Source: an uncultured Acidobacteriota bacterium (lineage in GTDB: Bacteria; Acidobacteriota; Vicinamibacteria; Vicinamibacterales; SCN-69-37). From it: a stretch of DNA of 64,000 nucleotides. The notes under the pieces were generated by a model, which worked only from the letters and a program-made list of their open reading frames with translations, was not told where the DNA came from and did no database searches. The stretch covers positions 375,259 to 439,258 of the forward strand of contig CAWFLT010000001.1 in assembly GCA_963816795.1 (NCBI GenBank), written 5' to 3'. This document shows positions 9,685 through 18,905 of the stretch, piece after piece (position 1 is the stretch's first letter; each line of letters starts with the position of its first letter). A program made the translations under genes and the position numbers.

Positions 9685-10029
9685 ATGGAAATCCGCCTTT
9701 CCCTCGAACCGCACGACCACCTTGTCGTCCACCTTCGTGAAGGAGAACAGGAGACGACGGTAAGCGTTCCGAAGTCGCGGCCAGGCGCCGAGACACTGCA
9801 CCGGGCTCTCGAGGCAGCGCTTTCCCAAGGTTACGGGGAGTGCTTCTGGCCCGGCGTCGAAGGCGGCCAGTTCTGGTGGATGTTCCGGCGAGACGCCGAG
9901 ACGCTCGAAGTGGTGGTGATGTGGAGCCGCGGCGGCGCCTCGGGCTGGGAGCACGTCTTCCGCGCCACCGACAGTGCGGCCTGGGTGGCAGACAGCCTGG
10001 CGACTGAGCTCGCCAAGCTCAGATCTTAA
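9685..10029 (+). CDS. Hypothetical protein (114 aa)
   Basis: Tail of track ORF 8917..10029 from ATG 9685. It has good GC3 and a protein-like sequence (GECFWPGVEGGQFWWMFRRDAETLEVVVMW). I recognise no family. The competing antisense frame is arginine-rich junk. Confidence 0.5.
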   Translation: MEIRLSLEPHDHLVVHLREGEQETTVSVPKSRPGAETLHRALEAALSQGYGECFWPGVEGGQFWWMFRRDAETLEVVVMWSRGGASGWEHVFRATDSAAWVADSLATELAKLRS

Positions 10030-10030
10030 A

Positions 10031-10262
10031 TCGCGTGGGGCCCCACCCCCACGCTTCGGACGCTCGGGTCGCTCGCTACGCTCGCGCCCTCGCGGTATCT
10101 GTCGTCGCTCTTCTCCGTGTCCTCGTTCTTGATTGCTCGCGGGGCCCCACCCCCGCTCGCGCGCCGCGGCCGGCCTCACTACGTTCGGCCCGCGGCGGTC
10201 AGCTTTCTTAGTTCTTCTCCGTGTCCTCCAGCTCTTCTCCGTGTCCTCGTTCTTCTCCCAAC
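10031..10262. repeat. Family A composite: core - CTCCGTG array - core - CTCCGTG array (forward orientation)
   Basis: Cores at 10037-10050 and 10141-10154. TTCTCCGTGTCCTC units at about 10110, 10215 and 10236. Confidence 0.85.
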
Positions 10263-10326
10263 CCGGAACCACTCGGCGCCGTCGAACGTATGAATCACGA
10301 GATTGACCCTGGCCGGGAGAGGGAAG

Positions 10327-10509
10327 ATGTCGTTTTTGAAACGTCTGCTCGGAAAATCCGAACCGCCCAAGACCCGCGTGCGCATCTGCGTCGAATGCGG
10401 AATGCCTATCGCGGAGCACAAAGAATGGTGCTCCATCCTGCGCGGCCAGATGGAGATGAACAGCCGCGCCGCCCAGACCGCCCCGCCAAAGGGCCAGCCT
10501 AGCAGCTAG
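10327..10509 (+). CDS. Small C2HC zinc-ribbon-like protein (60 aa)
   Basis: ATG 10327 is preceded by GGGAGAGGGAAG (SD-like). MSFLKRLLGK...CVECGMPIAEHKEWC. Locally lower GC. Bracketed by inverted Family A composites. Confidence 0.45.
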   Translation: MSFLKRLLGKSEPPKTRVRICVECGMPIAEHKEWCSILRGQMEMNSRAAQTAPPKGQPSS

Positions 10510-10514
10510 AGCTT

Positions 10515-10718
10515 GCGGGCCCTGACTGCGACACCGCGAAGCGCGCAGCGCTGAGCGCCCGAGCCGCGGGGGTGGGGCCCCGCGCGTGGCGTTCTAACGC
10601 TTGGCCACGCGCGCGGAGAGCACGGAGAAAGGGCCAGAGGGCACGGAGAAGAACAGTTGACACCCCGCGCCGGTGTATGGCGCGGGCCCGAGCCGCGGGG
10701 GTGGGGCCCCGCGGCCCT
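10515..10718. repeat. Family A composite in reverse orientation (inverted partner of 10031-10262)
   Basis: Cores (reverse complement) at 10568-10581 and 10697-10710. CACGGAGAA units at about 10619-10655. Its reverse complement has the same modular order as 10031-10262. Confidence 0.85.
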
Positions 10719-10787
10719 AAGCAAAGAAGCGCGCCGCGCCCTGAGCGAGGCCGTATTGCGGCCGAGTCGAAGGGTTCAGTCTCGTAC

Positions 10788-12134
10788 ATGCCCGACAAGT
10801 CCGAGCCCGAGGTCCTGACGGTCGCCGGTCGCGAGGTCCCGATCTCGAATCCGCGTAAGGTCCTCTTCCCGGACGCCGGTCTCACCAAGCTCGATCTGGC
10901 CACTTACTACATCGCGGTCGCCGATGGCGCGCTTCGGGCCGCGGGCGGGCGTCCGAACGTGCTCGTCCGCTATCCCAACGGCGTCAAGGCCGAGTTCTTC
11001 TACCAGAAGCGCGCCCCGGCCTCGCGACCCGATTGGATCGAGGTCGTCACGCTCAGCTTCCCGTCTGGCCGTACCGCCGAGGAAGTCGTGCCGCGCGACG
11101 CGGCCGCGCTCGCGTGGATGGCCAACCTCGCGTGCCTCGAGCTGCATCCCCATCCGGTGCGCGCCGACGACGTCGACCATCCGGACGAGCTGCGGGTCGA
11201 TCTCGATCCAGTGCCGGGCGTCGACTGGGACCAGATTCGCCAGGTCGCGCGGGTCGTCGAAGCGACGCTTGCGGACTTCGGGCTCGTCGGATGGCCGAAG
11301 ACGTCGGGATCCCGCGGCATGCACGTCAACGTCCGCATCAGGCGGGAGTGGACGTTCCATCAGGTCCGCCGCGCCGCACTGGCGCTCGCGCGCGAAGTGG
11401 AACGGCGGGCGCCGTCGCTGGCCACGAGCAAGTGGTGGAAGGAAGAACGCCACGGCGTCTTCATCGACTACAACCAGAACGCCAAGGATCGAACGGTCGC
11501 CGCGGCGTACTCCGTGCGCCCGACGCCTGACGCGCGCGTCTCGGCGCCGCTGACGTGGCCTGAGATCGACGAGTGCGTGCCCCAGGACTTCACGCTGTTA
11601 ACGATGCCGGAGCGGTTCGCCGCAGGCGGCGACCGCCATCAGGGCATCGACGAGGCCGCGGGATCGCTCGAAGCGCTGCTCGAGCTGTCGGCGCGCCACG
11701 AACGCGAAGGCCAGGGCGATGCCCCGTGGCCGCCGCAGTACAAGAAGCAGCCGGGCGAACCGGCGCGCGTGCAGCCGTCGCGGCGGCGAGTACCGAAGCA
11801 TCCGCTCGTCGAGATCGGCCGGGCGGAGAAGAAAGAGGATGCCCTGGCCGGCCTCGAGCGCTGGCGGACACGGCATCCGGAGGCAGCGGCCCATCTCGAA
11901 CCGGCCGACGTGCTCGTCGATGCGATGCGCGGCCGCTTTCACACCTGGACGCGGATCCGCGTCAATCTGCAGCACGTGCCGGAGGCGATCCGGCCCGCAC
12001 AGGAGGCGCTCGATCCGGACGCCGGTCCCGATATCGCCGCCGAGTGGGAAGCGGCGGTGAAGCGAAGTGAGAAGCGCGCTACGAATGGTCGCGCGACGTA
12101 CGAAAGACGCGCTCGAGCTCGTAGGCCGGAGTGA
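10788..12134 (+). CDS. LigD-polymerase-domain / Prim-PolC-like primase-polymerase with C-terminal extension
   Basis: ATG 10788 inside track ORF 10572..12134. Motifs ISNPRKVLFP, LVRYPNG, ELHPHP, DELRVDLDP, KTSGSRGMHV, FIDYNQN. A ~150-aa C-terminal tail resembles stand-alone mycobacterial Prim-PolC. Confidence 0.85.
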   Translation: MPDKSEPEVLTVAGREVPISNPRKVLFPDAGLTKLDLATYYIAVADGALRAAGGRPNVLVRYPNGVKAEFFYQKRAPASRPDWIEVVTLSFPSGRTAEEVVPRDAAALAWMANLACLELHPHPVRADDVDHPDELRVDLDPVPGVDWDQIRQVARVVEATLADFGLVGWPKTSGSRGMHVNVRIRREWTFHQVRRAALALAREVERRAPSLATSKWWKEERHGVFIDYNQNAKDRTVAAAYSVRPTPDARVSAPLTWPEIDECVPQDFTLLTMPERFAAGGDRHQGIDEAAGSLEALLELSARHEREGQGDAPWPPQYKKQPGEPARVQPSRRRVPKHPLVEIGRAEKKEDALAGLERWRTRHPEAAAHLEPADVLVDAMRGRFHTWTRIRVNLQHVPEAIRPAQEALDPDAGPDIAAEWEAAVKRSEKRATNGRATYERRARARRPE

Positions 12135-13164
12135 CCTCCAGCTGGTCGTAGCGGCAATCGGCCGGCGGCTTGTCCGGCCGCCATCGCAGGAAGGTCGCCG
12201 CGTGGCGAAAACGATCGCCCTGCATGTGGTCGTACTTCACTTCGCACACGCGCTCGATCCGCAGCGGCTCCCACGAGAGATCTTTGCCGGCACTCCAGCG
12301 GCTCTGTCCGCCGGGCATGCGGCCGGTGGCCTGGCTCATGGCATCGGCCCACTCGCGCCAGGGGTGGGCCTCGAGCGCGCGGTCGCGCAGCGGCGCCAGT
12401 TCAGCCACGAGCTCCTGCCGCCGCGCCATCGTGAACGACGAGGTGACGCCTACGTGCTGAAGGCGGCCGCGATCGTCATAGAGGCCGAGCAGCAGCGACC
12501 CGATCCTGTCCTGCCCGCTCTTGTGCCAGCGGAAGCCGGCCACCACGCAATCGGCCGTGCGCGCGTGCTTGATCTTGAACATCGCGCGCTTGCCCGGCTC
12601 GTAGGCGCCGTCAGCGGGCTTCGCGATGACCCCGTCGAGGCCAGCGCCTTCGAAGCGCGCCAACCAGTCAGCGGCAAGCTCGCGATCGCGCGTCACGGGC
12701 GTGAGATGGACGGGCGGGACGACCTCAGCAAACGCGCGCTCGAGCGCGGCACGGCGCTCTTGCTGGGGCAACGGCCGCAGATCGCGATCACCCAGCGCGA
12801 GCAGATCGAAGGCGACAAACGACGCCGGGATTTCTTTCGACAGCTTCGCGACCCGTGACGCCGCCGGATGGAGCCGCATCTGCAGAGCATCGAAATTCAG
12901 ACCGTCTCCGGTGACGATCACGATCTCGCCGTCAACGACGCATCGGTCCGGCAACTGCGCGATCAGGACCTCGTGCAGCTCGGGAAAGTAGCGATCGAGC
13001 GGCTTGAGGTCGCGGCTCTGGATGAAGAGCTCGGCGCCGTCGCGAAAGACAATGGCGCGAAAGCCATCCCACTTGGGCTCGAACAGGAAGTCGCCTTCGA
13101 CGGGGATCGCATCTGCGAGCTTGGCGAGCATCGGTTCGATCGGTGGCGGGAGGAGGAACGACAT
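12079..13164 (-). CDS. ATP-dependent DNA ligase (LigC-type, stand-alone)
   Basis: Adenylation motif EPKWDGFR (KxDG), plus GLDGVIAKP, MFKIKHARTADCVV and an OB-fold tail. The start is ATG 13164 (MSFLLPPPIEPMLAK) or 13221. The 3' end overlaps the convergent polymerase gene by 56 nt. Confidence 0.85.
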   Translation of the reverse strand: MSFLLPPPIEPMLAKLADAIPVEGDFLFEPKWDGFRAIVFRDGAELFIQSRDLKPLDRYFPELHEVLIAQLPDRCVVDGEIVIVTGDGLNFDALQMRLHPAASRVAKLSKEIPASFVAFDLLALGDRDLRPLPQQERRAALERAFAEVVPPVHLTPVTRDRELAADWLARFEGAGLDGVIAKPADGAYEPGKRAMFKIKHARTADCVVAGFRWHKSGQDRIGSLLLGLYDDRGRLQHVGVTSSFTMARRQELVAELAPLRDRALEAHPWREWADAMSQATGRMPGGQSRWSAGKDLSWEPLRIERVCEVKYDHMQGDRFRHAATFLRWRPDKPPADCRYDQLEVTPAYELERVFRTSRDHS

Positions 13165-13228
13165 AGAAGGCCCAGGGCCCAAAGGCGAGGGGCCCAGGTA
13201 AGAGCTTACTGTCTTCGCCAACCGCAGG

Positions 13229-13257
13229 GCGCCGGATAACGTCTGGTCATCCGGCGC
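13229..13257. promoter_or_regulatory. Perfect 9-bp inverted repeat (GCGCCGGAT-N11-ATCCGGCGC) in a divergent promoter region
   Basis: Seen directly, followed at once by TAGTATAGA (-10-like), 22 nt upstream of permease ATG 13280. Confidence 0.4.
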
Positions 13258-13279
13258 GTAGTATAGAGAACGGTTTCTT

Positions 13280-15794
13280 ATGATTCAGGACCTGAAGCAC
13301 GGGATTCGGATGCTCTTTCAGACCAAGGCCTGGACGGTCGTGGTGCTGCTCTCGCTGGCGATCGGCATTGGCGCGAACACGGCGCTGTTCAGCGCCGTGA
13401 ACGGCCTGCTCCTCCAGACCGTCGACGCGGCCAATCCCCAGTCGCTGGTCAAGCTCAAGTGGACCGGCGACAACAACATGGTCCGCAACTCGAGCGACTA
13501 CGGATACTCACTGCCGTTCGAAGGGGGCAACGTTCGCTCGACGTTTTCGGTGGCTGTCTTCGAGGAGCTTCGCAAAGCCAACCAGACGCTGACCGACATG
13601 TTCGCGTGTTTTCCGATTGGCGCCGTCAACGTCGTCATCAACGACGAAGCGGACCTTGCGTCGGCGACGGGAACGTTGGGGCCCTACTTTCACCTGCTCG
13701 GCGTGCCGGCCGCACTCGGGCGGACGCTGACGGGTGACGACGACAAACCGGGCGCGACGCCGGTGGCGGTGATCAGTCACGCCTTCTGGCGAAAGCGGTT
13801 CGGGTCCGATCCCAACGTCGTCGGCCGCAGCGTGACGATCAACAACCAGCCGTTCACCATCGTCGGCGTCACGCCGGCGTCGTTCAAAGGCATTCAGCGC
13901 CTTGGAGTGGACGCGCCGGACGTCACGTTGTCGATGTCGCTCGAGTCGCAGATGATGGTCGGCCAGTCACGGTTCACGCAGCCGACGAACTGGTACGTCC
14001 AGATCGTCGGGCGGCTCAAACCGGGAGTGACGGCCGATCAAGTGCGGGCGAATCTCGAGGGCGTCTTTCACTCGACCGCGCGGGCCGGCATGGACGCGTA
14101 CACGAACGCGCTGACGCCCGAGCAGCGCGCGCTCTCGACGAACCGCCGTGAGAAGTTCGCAGTCCCGCGTTTGCTCGTGTTGCCAGCGGCCGGTGGCATC
14201 TACGACTTCGACAACCAGGCGGCGCAGACCACCAGGATCCTCGCCTGGGTGGTCGGTGTGCTGCTGTTGCTCGTGTGCGCGAACGTCGCGACGCTGCTGC
14301 TGTCGCGGGCGACCGCCCGGCGAAAAGAGATCTCGATCCGTCTCTCCATGGGCGCGTCACGGCACCGGCTGATTCGACAACTGCTGACCGAGAGTCTGGT
14401 CCTTTCCGGGCTCGGCGGATTGCTCGGTATCGCCGTCGGCTACTGGAGCCGCCAGTTGCTGCCGTTCGGCCAGAACGTGCCGCTCGACTGGCGCGTCTTC
14501 GCGTTCGTCGGTGGGCTGAGCATGTTCACCGGCGTGTTGTTCGGCCTCGTCCCCGCATTCCGCACGACGCGGGTCGATCTGGCGAGCGCGATGAAGGAAG
14601 AAAGCCGAAGCGTCGCCGGCTCGAGATCACTGCTGAGCAAGAGCCTGCTCGTGCTCCAGGTGGCGCTTTCGCTGGTGCTGCTCATCGGTGCCGGCTTGTT
14701 TCTCAGGACGGTCAACAATCTCCGAGACGTCAACATCGGCTTCAATCCGAACAACCTGCTGATGTTCTCGCTGAACCCCGCACTGAACCGCTACGACATC
14801 GATCGGACGGCGCTGCTGATGACGCAGGTGCGCGATCAGCTCTCGGCGTCTTCCGGGCGTGCGCTCGGTCGCGCTGACACGAGTGCTTCTGCTCTCCGGC
14901 AGCCGCAGCACGTCGTCGATGAGCCTGCCCGGTGGCACGAAGGAAGACGTGCACATGATGTCGGTGTCGCCTGAATTCTTCGCGACGATGGAGATTCCGC
15001 TGCTGGCCGGTCGGCAGTTCGGCACGATCGACACCAAAGAATCGCCGAAGGTCGTGATCATCAACGAGGCGGCGGCGAGAAAGATGTTCGCGGATCAGTC
15101 CGCCGTCGGGCGCACGTTTGGCTCGGCGCCTGAGAACACCGGCGAGTACCAGATCGTCGGCGTGGTTCGCGACACCAAATACGCCAGCCTGCGCGAGCCG
15201 GCGCCGCCGACGGTGTATCAGCTCTACTCGCAATATCCGAACCGGGCGATGAACTACGTCGTGCGGACGGGCGGCGACCCGAGCGCCCTGATTGAACCGG
15301 CCCGCACAGCCGTACGACGCGTCGATCCAGCCGTCCCGGTGACGAACGTTGCGACCCAGACGGAACACATCGAGCGCCGCTTTCAGCAGGAGCGGCTGCT
15401 GGCCAACGCGATGACCCTGTTCGGCGGTCTGGCGCTGTTGCTCGCCTCGATCGGGTTGTTCGGACTGATGTCGTTCAACGTCTCGCGACGGACGAACGAG
15501 ATCGGCATCCGCATGGCGCTCGGCGCTCAGCGAGGCAGTGTCGTCTCGATGGTGCTCCGCGAGTCCTTGCTGCTCGTCGGCAGCGGCGTCGCCGCCGGCA
15601 TCGCGCTCGGCATTCTGCTGCCCAAGCTGCTGACGAAGTTCATCGCGCCGATCCTGTTCGGCCTGCCGCCCCTGGATCCCGCGTCCATGAGCATCGCGAT
15701 CGTGCTGATCTTGCTCGTATCTGCCCTCGCCAGCTACCTCCCGGCCCGGCGCGCCTCACGCGTCGATCCGATGGTGGCTTTGCATCGGCAGTAG
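13280..15794 (+). CDS. ADOP-family (MacB/FtsX-like duplicated) permease, one frameshift near 14849
   Basis: Track ORFs 13280..14974 and 14859..15794 join as ...QVRDQLSA|LPGVRSVALTRVLLLSG... if base ~14849 is skipped. N-terminus MIQDLKHGIRMLFQ, two FtsX-like 4-TM modules, C-terminus YLPARRASRVDPMVALHRQ. Confidence 0.8.
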
Positions 15795-15834
15795 AAGGCG
15801 AGGAAACGTAGCGCGGCTCGGGTTGTGAGCCGCG

Positions 15835-15995
15835 AGAGAAGGCACAGAGATGAGCTCGGCGCTCTTCTCCCCGTGCCCTCTAGTTTTAGGGGCGCGGGGC
15901 CCCACCCCCGCGCCTCGGGCCCGCGCCACACGGCGGCGCGGGGTGTCCGCTTTTGTTCTTCTCCGTGCTCTCTAGTTTTTCTCCGTGTCCTCGTC
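15835..15995. repeat. Family A element (one core plus CTCCGTG arrays)
   Basis: Core at 15896-15909, ...ggcgcggggtgtc, then TTCTCCGTGCTCTC and TTCTCCGTGTCCTC. Lies between convergent permease and VOC genes. Confidence 0.8.
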
Positions 15996-15998
15996 TTT

Positions 15999-16364
15999 TT
16001 ACGCCTTGGCCGTCTGCCACAACCCGAGCGCCGCGCCGGTCGGGTCGACGATGATGCTGTACCAGCCCATGCCGGGTACTTCGTCGACGTCCTTGACCAC
16101 GTGCGCGCCGAGCGACTTCGCCTTGGCCGTCGCGGCCTTCACGTCGTCCACGATCACGTAGGACAGCCAGGACGAGGGCGCTCCTGGCATTTGCTGCGGC
16201 ATCATTCCGCCGCCGGTCCCTTCACCGGGCTGAACCAGGGTGTAGGTCAGGCCAGGCCCCATCGGCATGTCTTCCAGCTTCCAGGAGAATAGCTCGCTGT
16301 AGAAGGTCTTGGCTTTCGCGATATCGGTCGTGTGGAGCTCAACGTGGACGAACGGGTTGGCCAT
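15999..16364 (-). CDS. VOC-family (glyoxalase/bleomycin-resistance fold) protein
   Basis: ATG 16364 with AAGGAG 8 nt upstream. MANPFVHVELHTTDIAKAKTFY ... GWYSIIVDPTGAALGLWQ. Confidence 0.75.
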   Translation of the reverse strand: MANPFVHVELHTTDIAKAKTFYSELFSWKLEDMPMGPGLTYTLVQPGEGTGGGMMPQQMPGAPSSWLSYVIVDDVKAATAKAKSLGAHVVKDVDEVPGMGWYSIIVDPTGAALGLWQTAKA

Positions 16365-16476
16365 GGATCGACTCCTTATGAGGGTGAAGAACGACAATGA
16401 TTACTTGATCGCGCGTCTTCGCGGGCGCGATTCGTCCCACTATTCGTCCCTGATCTGCACCAAAGCTCAACATGAC

Positions 16477-16611
16477 TCACGGTCGTAACGCCCGGATGAC
16501 ATCGACCCGGGCTGCCCGGGCGGCCGGCATCAGTGAGGCGAGCATAGCGGCCAGCCCCTTGGCGCGGGTCAGCGAACGAAGAGCGAATTTGAGGTCGGCG
16601 ATGAAGTTCAT
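16477..16611 (-). pseudogene. Relic ADOP permease: 44-codon fusion of a permease N-terminus to a permease C-terminus
   Basis: Below the track size cutoff. My translation is MNFIADLKFALRSLTRAKG|LAAMLASLMPAARAARVDVIRALRP*. The first 19 aa match ADOP N-termini (compare MREWLQDLRYGARMILKRPG) and the last 25 aa match the ADOP C-terminal signature (compare LPARRASRVDPMVAL). Confidence 0.6.
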
Positions 16612-16642
16612 GACTTCTGATTAAGAACGAGGCTCGAGACGT

Positions 16643-17317
16643 TTAACCTCGCGACACGACGGTACGCGCGGGACCATTGAATATGACGGCTCCGTCTGCC
16701 AACTCTACGACGTGATCGGCACGGTCGGCCACCTCCGACCATGTGTGGGTGACATAGATCGTCGGCACCGCGAGCTCCGTACGCATGCGATCGAGATAGG
16801 GCAGGATGGTGTCGCGGTGCGCGCGATCGATCGATGCGAGCGGCTCGTCCATCAGGAGGAGTCTTGGCTTGGCCAGGAGGGCGCGGCCGAGCGCCACGCG
16901 CTGTTTCTCGCCGCCCGACAGTCGCGATGGCCGTCTCGCCAGCAGAGCACCAAGATTCAGCAAGTCGATGACTTCAGCCGCATCGATGCCGCCAGCCGAC
17001 TGTCTGCTGAACCACCGTCCGAACATCAGGTTCTGGCGGACGGTCAGGTGCGGGAAGAGTCTCGGCTCCTGGAACACGTACCCGATCCCCCGCTGGTGGG
17101 CCGGTCGCCAGACGCCAGCCGTCGTGTCGGCGACCGCCTCACCGTCGATCCGCACGAGGGCGCGATCGGGCCGCAACACGCCAGCGATGACATTGAGAAT
17201 CGTCGTCTTGCCAGATCCGGATGGGCCGACGATCGCGGTCAAGCGCGAATCGAGCGACAGGGCGACGCCGATACGCAGGCCGCCGAAGTCATGATCGATT
17301 TCGACGACGAGGCTCAT
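16643..17317 (-). CDS. modC: Molybdate ABC transporter ATP-binding protein, short form without a C-terminal TOBE/MOP domain
   Basis: ATG 17317 inside track ORF 16643..17728. Walker A GPSGSGKTT, signature LSGGEKQR, Walker B LLLMDEP. 224 aa. ATGA overlap with modB. Confidence 0.8.
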   Translation of the reverse strand: MSLVVEIDHDFGGLRIGVALSLDSRLTAIVGPSGSGKTTILNVIAGVLRPDRALVRIDGEAVADTTAGVWRPAHQRGIGYVFQEPRLFPHLTVRQNLMFGRWFSRQSAGGIDAAEVIDLLNLGALLARRPSRLSGGEKQRVALGRALLAKPRLLLMDEPLASIDRAHRDTILPYLDRMRTELAVPTIYVTHTWSEVADRADHVVELADGAVIFNGPARTVVSRG

Positions 17318-18015
17318 GCTTGACCTCGCTTCGCGGAGCGGCTGAGCCACTCCGAGATCGCGAGCGCCGCAACGGAGATGGCGATCGAGAGCCAGGCCAG
17401 TCGCATCGCGACCGCGTCGCCGCCGGGCTTGTCGAGCTCGGTGAAGATCGCCAGCGCGAGCGTGCGCGTCTCTCCCGGGATGTTCGAGACGAACGTGATC
17501 GTCGCGCCGAACTCGCCGAGCGCTTTCGCGAAGCCGAGCGCCAGACCCGCGAGAACGCCCGGAATCGCGAGCGGCAGGGTGACGGTCGCGAAGGTCCAGG
17601 CCGGACTGGCGCCGAGCGTGGCCGCGGCCTCTTCCGTCTGACGATCGACGCTCTCGATGCCGAGCCGGATCGCCCGAACGACGAGCGGGAACGCCATCAC
17701 AGCGGCCGCAAGTGCCGCGCCGGTCCATCTGAACGAAAACTGCAGCCCCAACACCTGCTCGAGCCAGGCGCCGACCGGCCCACGGCGGCCGAAAATCCGC
17801 AGCAGAAAGTAGCCGGTCACGACCGGCGGGACGACCAGCGGTAGATGGACGAGCACGTTCAGCAGGGACCGTCCCCAGAAGCGCCCGCGGGCGAGGAGCC
17901 AGGCGACCGCGATCGCCGGCACCGCGCTGGCCAGCGTCGCGACCATCGCGACTTTCAGACTCAGCCAGACGATCTCGATCTCATCGGCGGTCCAGTCAGT
18001 CACGGCGGGGAACAA
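17314..18015 (-). CDS. modB: Molybdate ABC transporter permease
   Basis: 233 aa, six-TM MetI-like fold with the EAA loop region EEAAATLGASPW. Position between modA and modC. Confidence 0.85.
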   Translation of the reverse strand: MFPAVTDWTADEIEIVWLSLKVAMVATLASAVPAIAVAWLLARGRFWGRSLLNVLVHLPLVVPPVVTGYFLLRIFGRRGPVGAWLEQVLGLQFSFRWTGAALAAAVMAFPLVVRAIRLGIESVDRQTEEAAATLGASPAWTFATVTLPLAIPGVLAGLALGFAKALGEFGATITFVSNIPGETRTLALAIFTELDKPGGDAVAMRLAWLSIAISVAALAISEWLSRSAKRGQA

Positions 18016-18813
18016 GGAAGCCGTGTCGCTCGAACACGGCGCGTGCCTCTGCTGATTTCAGGAAATCGAGTACGGCCGCGGCGCCAGATGACGCGGTGGT
18101 GACGATGGCCGCCGGGTAAACGATGGGCGGATGGGAGGTCTCGGGAAACGTGTCGACGACGGCCACGCGCGGCTCGATCTGCGCGTCAGTCCGATAGACG
18201 ATGCCGAGCGGCGCTTCGCCGCGACTGACGAGCATCAGCGCGGCCCGAACGTTTTCGGCGGCAGCCACCTTGGCGGCGACGCTATCCCAGACACCCAATG
18301 CGGTCAATGCGGCGCGCGCGTACTTGCCGGCCGGCACCGCCGCGGGGTCGGCCAGGGCCAACCGATCTCGACCCAGCGCGGCCGCCAAGGGAAACCCCGG
18401 CGCGATCTTGAGCGCGGACGGACGATCCGTCGGCGCGATCAGGACCAGCCGATTGCCGAGGAGATTGATGCGACTCGCCGCGCTGAATCAGGCGCCGCTC
18501 GGAGACGTACTCCATCCACTCGAGGTCGGCCGAAATGAACAGGTCCGCGGGAGCCCCGTATTCAATCTGACGCGCCAGCGCCGAACTGGCCGCGTACGAT
18601 GCGCGCACCCGGCTGCCGGTCGCGCGCGCCGTCGCCGGCGCGAGCTCGTCGAGAGCCGTCTGGAGCGATGCGGCGGCGAAGATCAGCACGTCGCCGTCTG
18701 GGCGCTGCGGCACGGCGGCCGTCGCGACGGCCGTCAGGACCACCAGCGTCCCGAGGCCGAAAACAGCGGCTGCCGCGCAAAAGTCGGCTTAAAACGATCA
18801 TCCGAACGGTCAT
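17996..18813 (-). pseudogene. modA: Molybdate-binding periplasmic protein, frameshifted (about 18460 and probably about 18765)
   Basis: Track ORFs 18282..18743 ([17 protein letters not shown] ... [14 protein letters not shown]) and 17996..18388 ([17 protein letters not shown] ... APLGIVYRTDA). The missing piece [18 protein letters not shown] is read after skipping one base near 18460. A signal peptide (MIVLSR|[16 protein letters not shown]) needs another single-base skip at a T4 run. Confidence 0.7.
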
Positions 18814-18870
18814 TTTTGCACAAAACAGGCTCGTCGCGGCTCACCACCCGAGCCGCACTACGTACCTTCC

Positions 18871-18899
18871 TTGATTTAGTGTTCATTGTGCACTATATA
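18871..18899 (+). promoter_or_regulatory. Sigma70-like promoter TTGATT-N17-TATATA ending 6 nt before the PadR ATG (leaderless-type), with an imperfect palindrome in the spacer
   Basis: TTGATT 18871-18876, TATATA 18894-18899, ATG 18906. The spacer contains TAGTG-N9-CACTA (18877-18895). Confidence 0.5.
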
Positions 18900-18905
18900 G
18901 ACGCG

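Noticed and set aside
9634-10419. Upstream 262 codons of track ORF 9163..10419
   Set aside because: Only the last 156 codons (DinB family) are protein-like. The upstream part crosses a Family A repeat and is antisense to two better small ORFs.
14840-14860. Programmed +1 ribosomal frameshifting as an explanation for the many one-base skips
   Set aside because: The sites I inspected (14849, 18460, 26262, 30245, 48492) share no slippery heptamer, no in-frame stop with an upstream SD-like stimulator, and no common context.
18814-18905. Moco riboswitch upstream of modA
   Set aside because: The divergent intergenic region is only ~90 bp and is occupied by the PadR promoter. That is too short for the ~130-nt motif.
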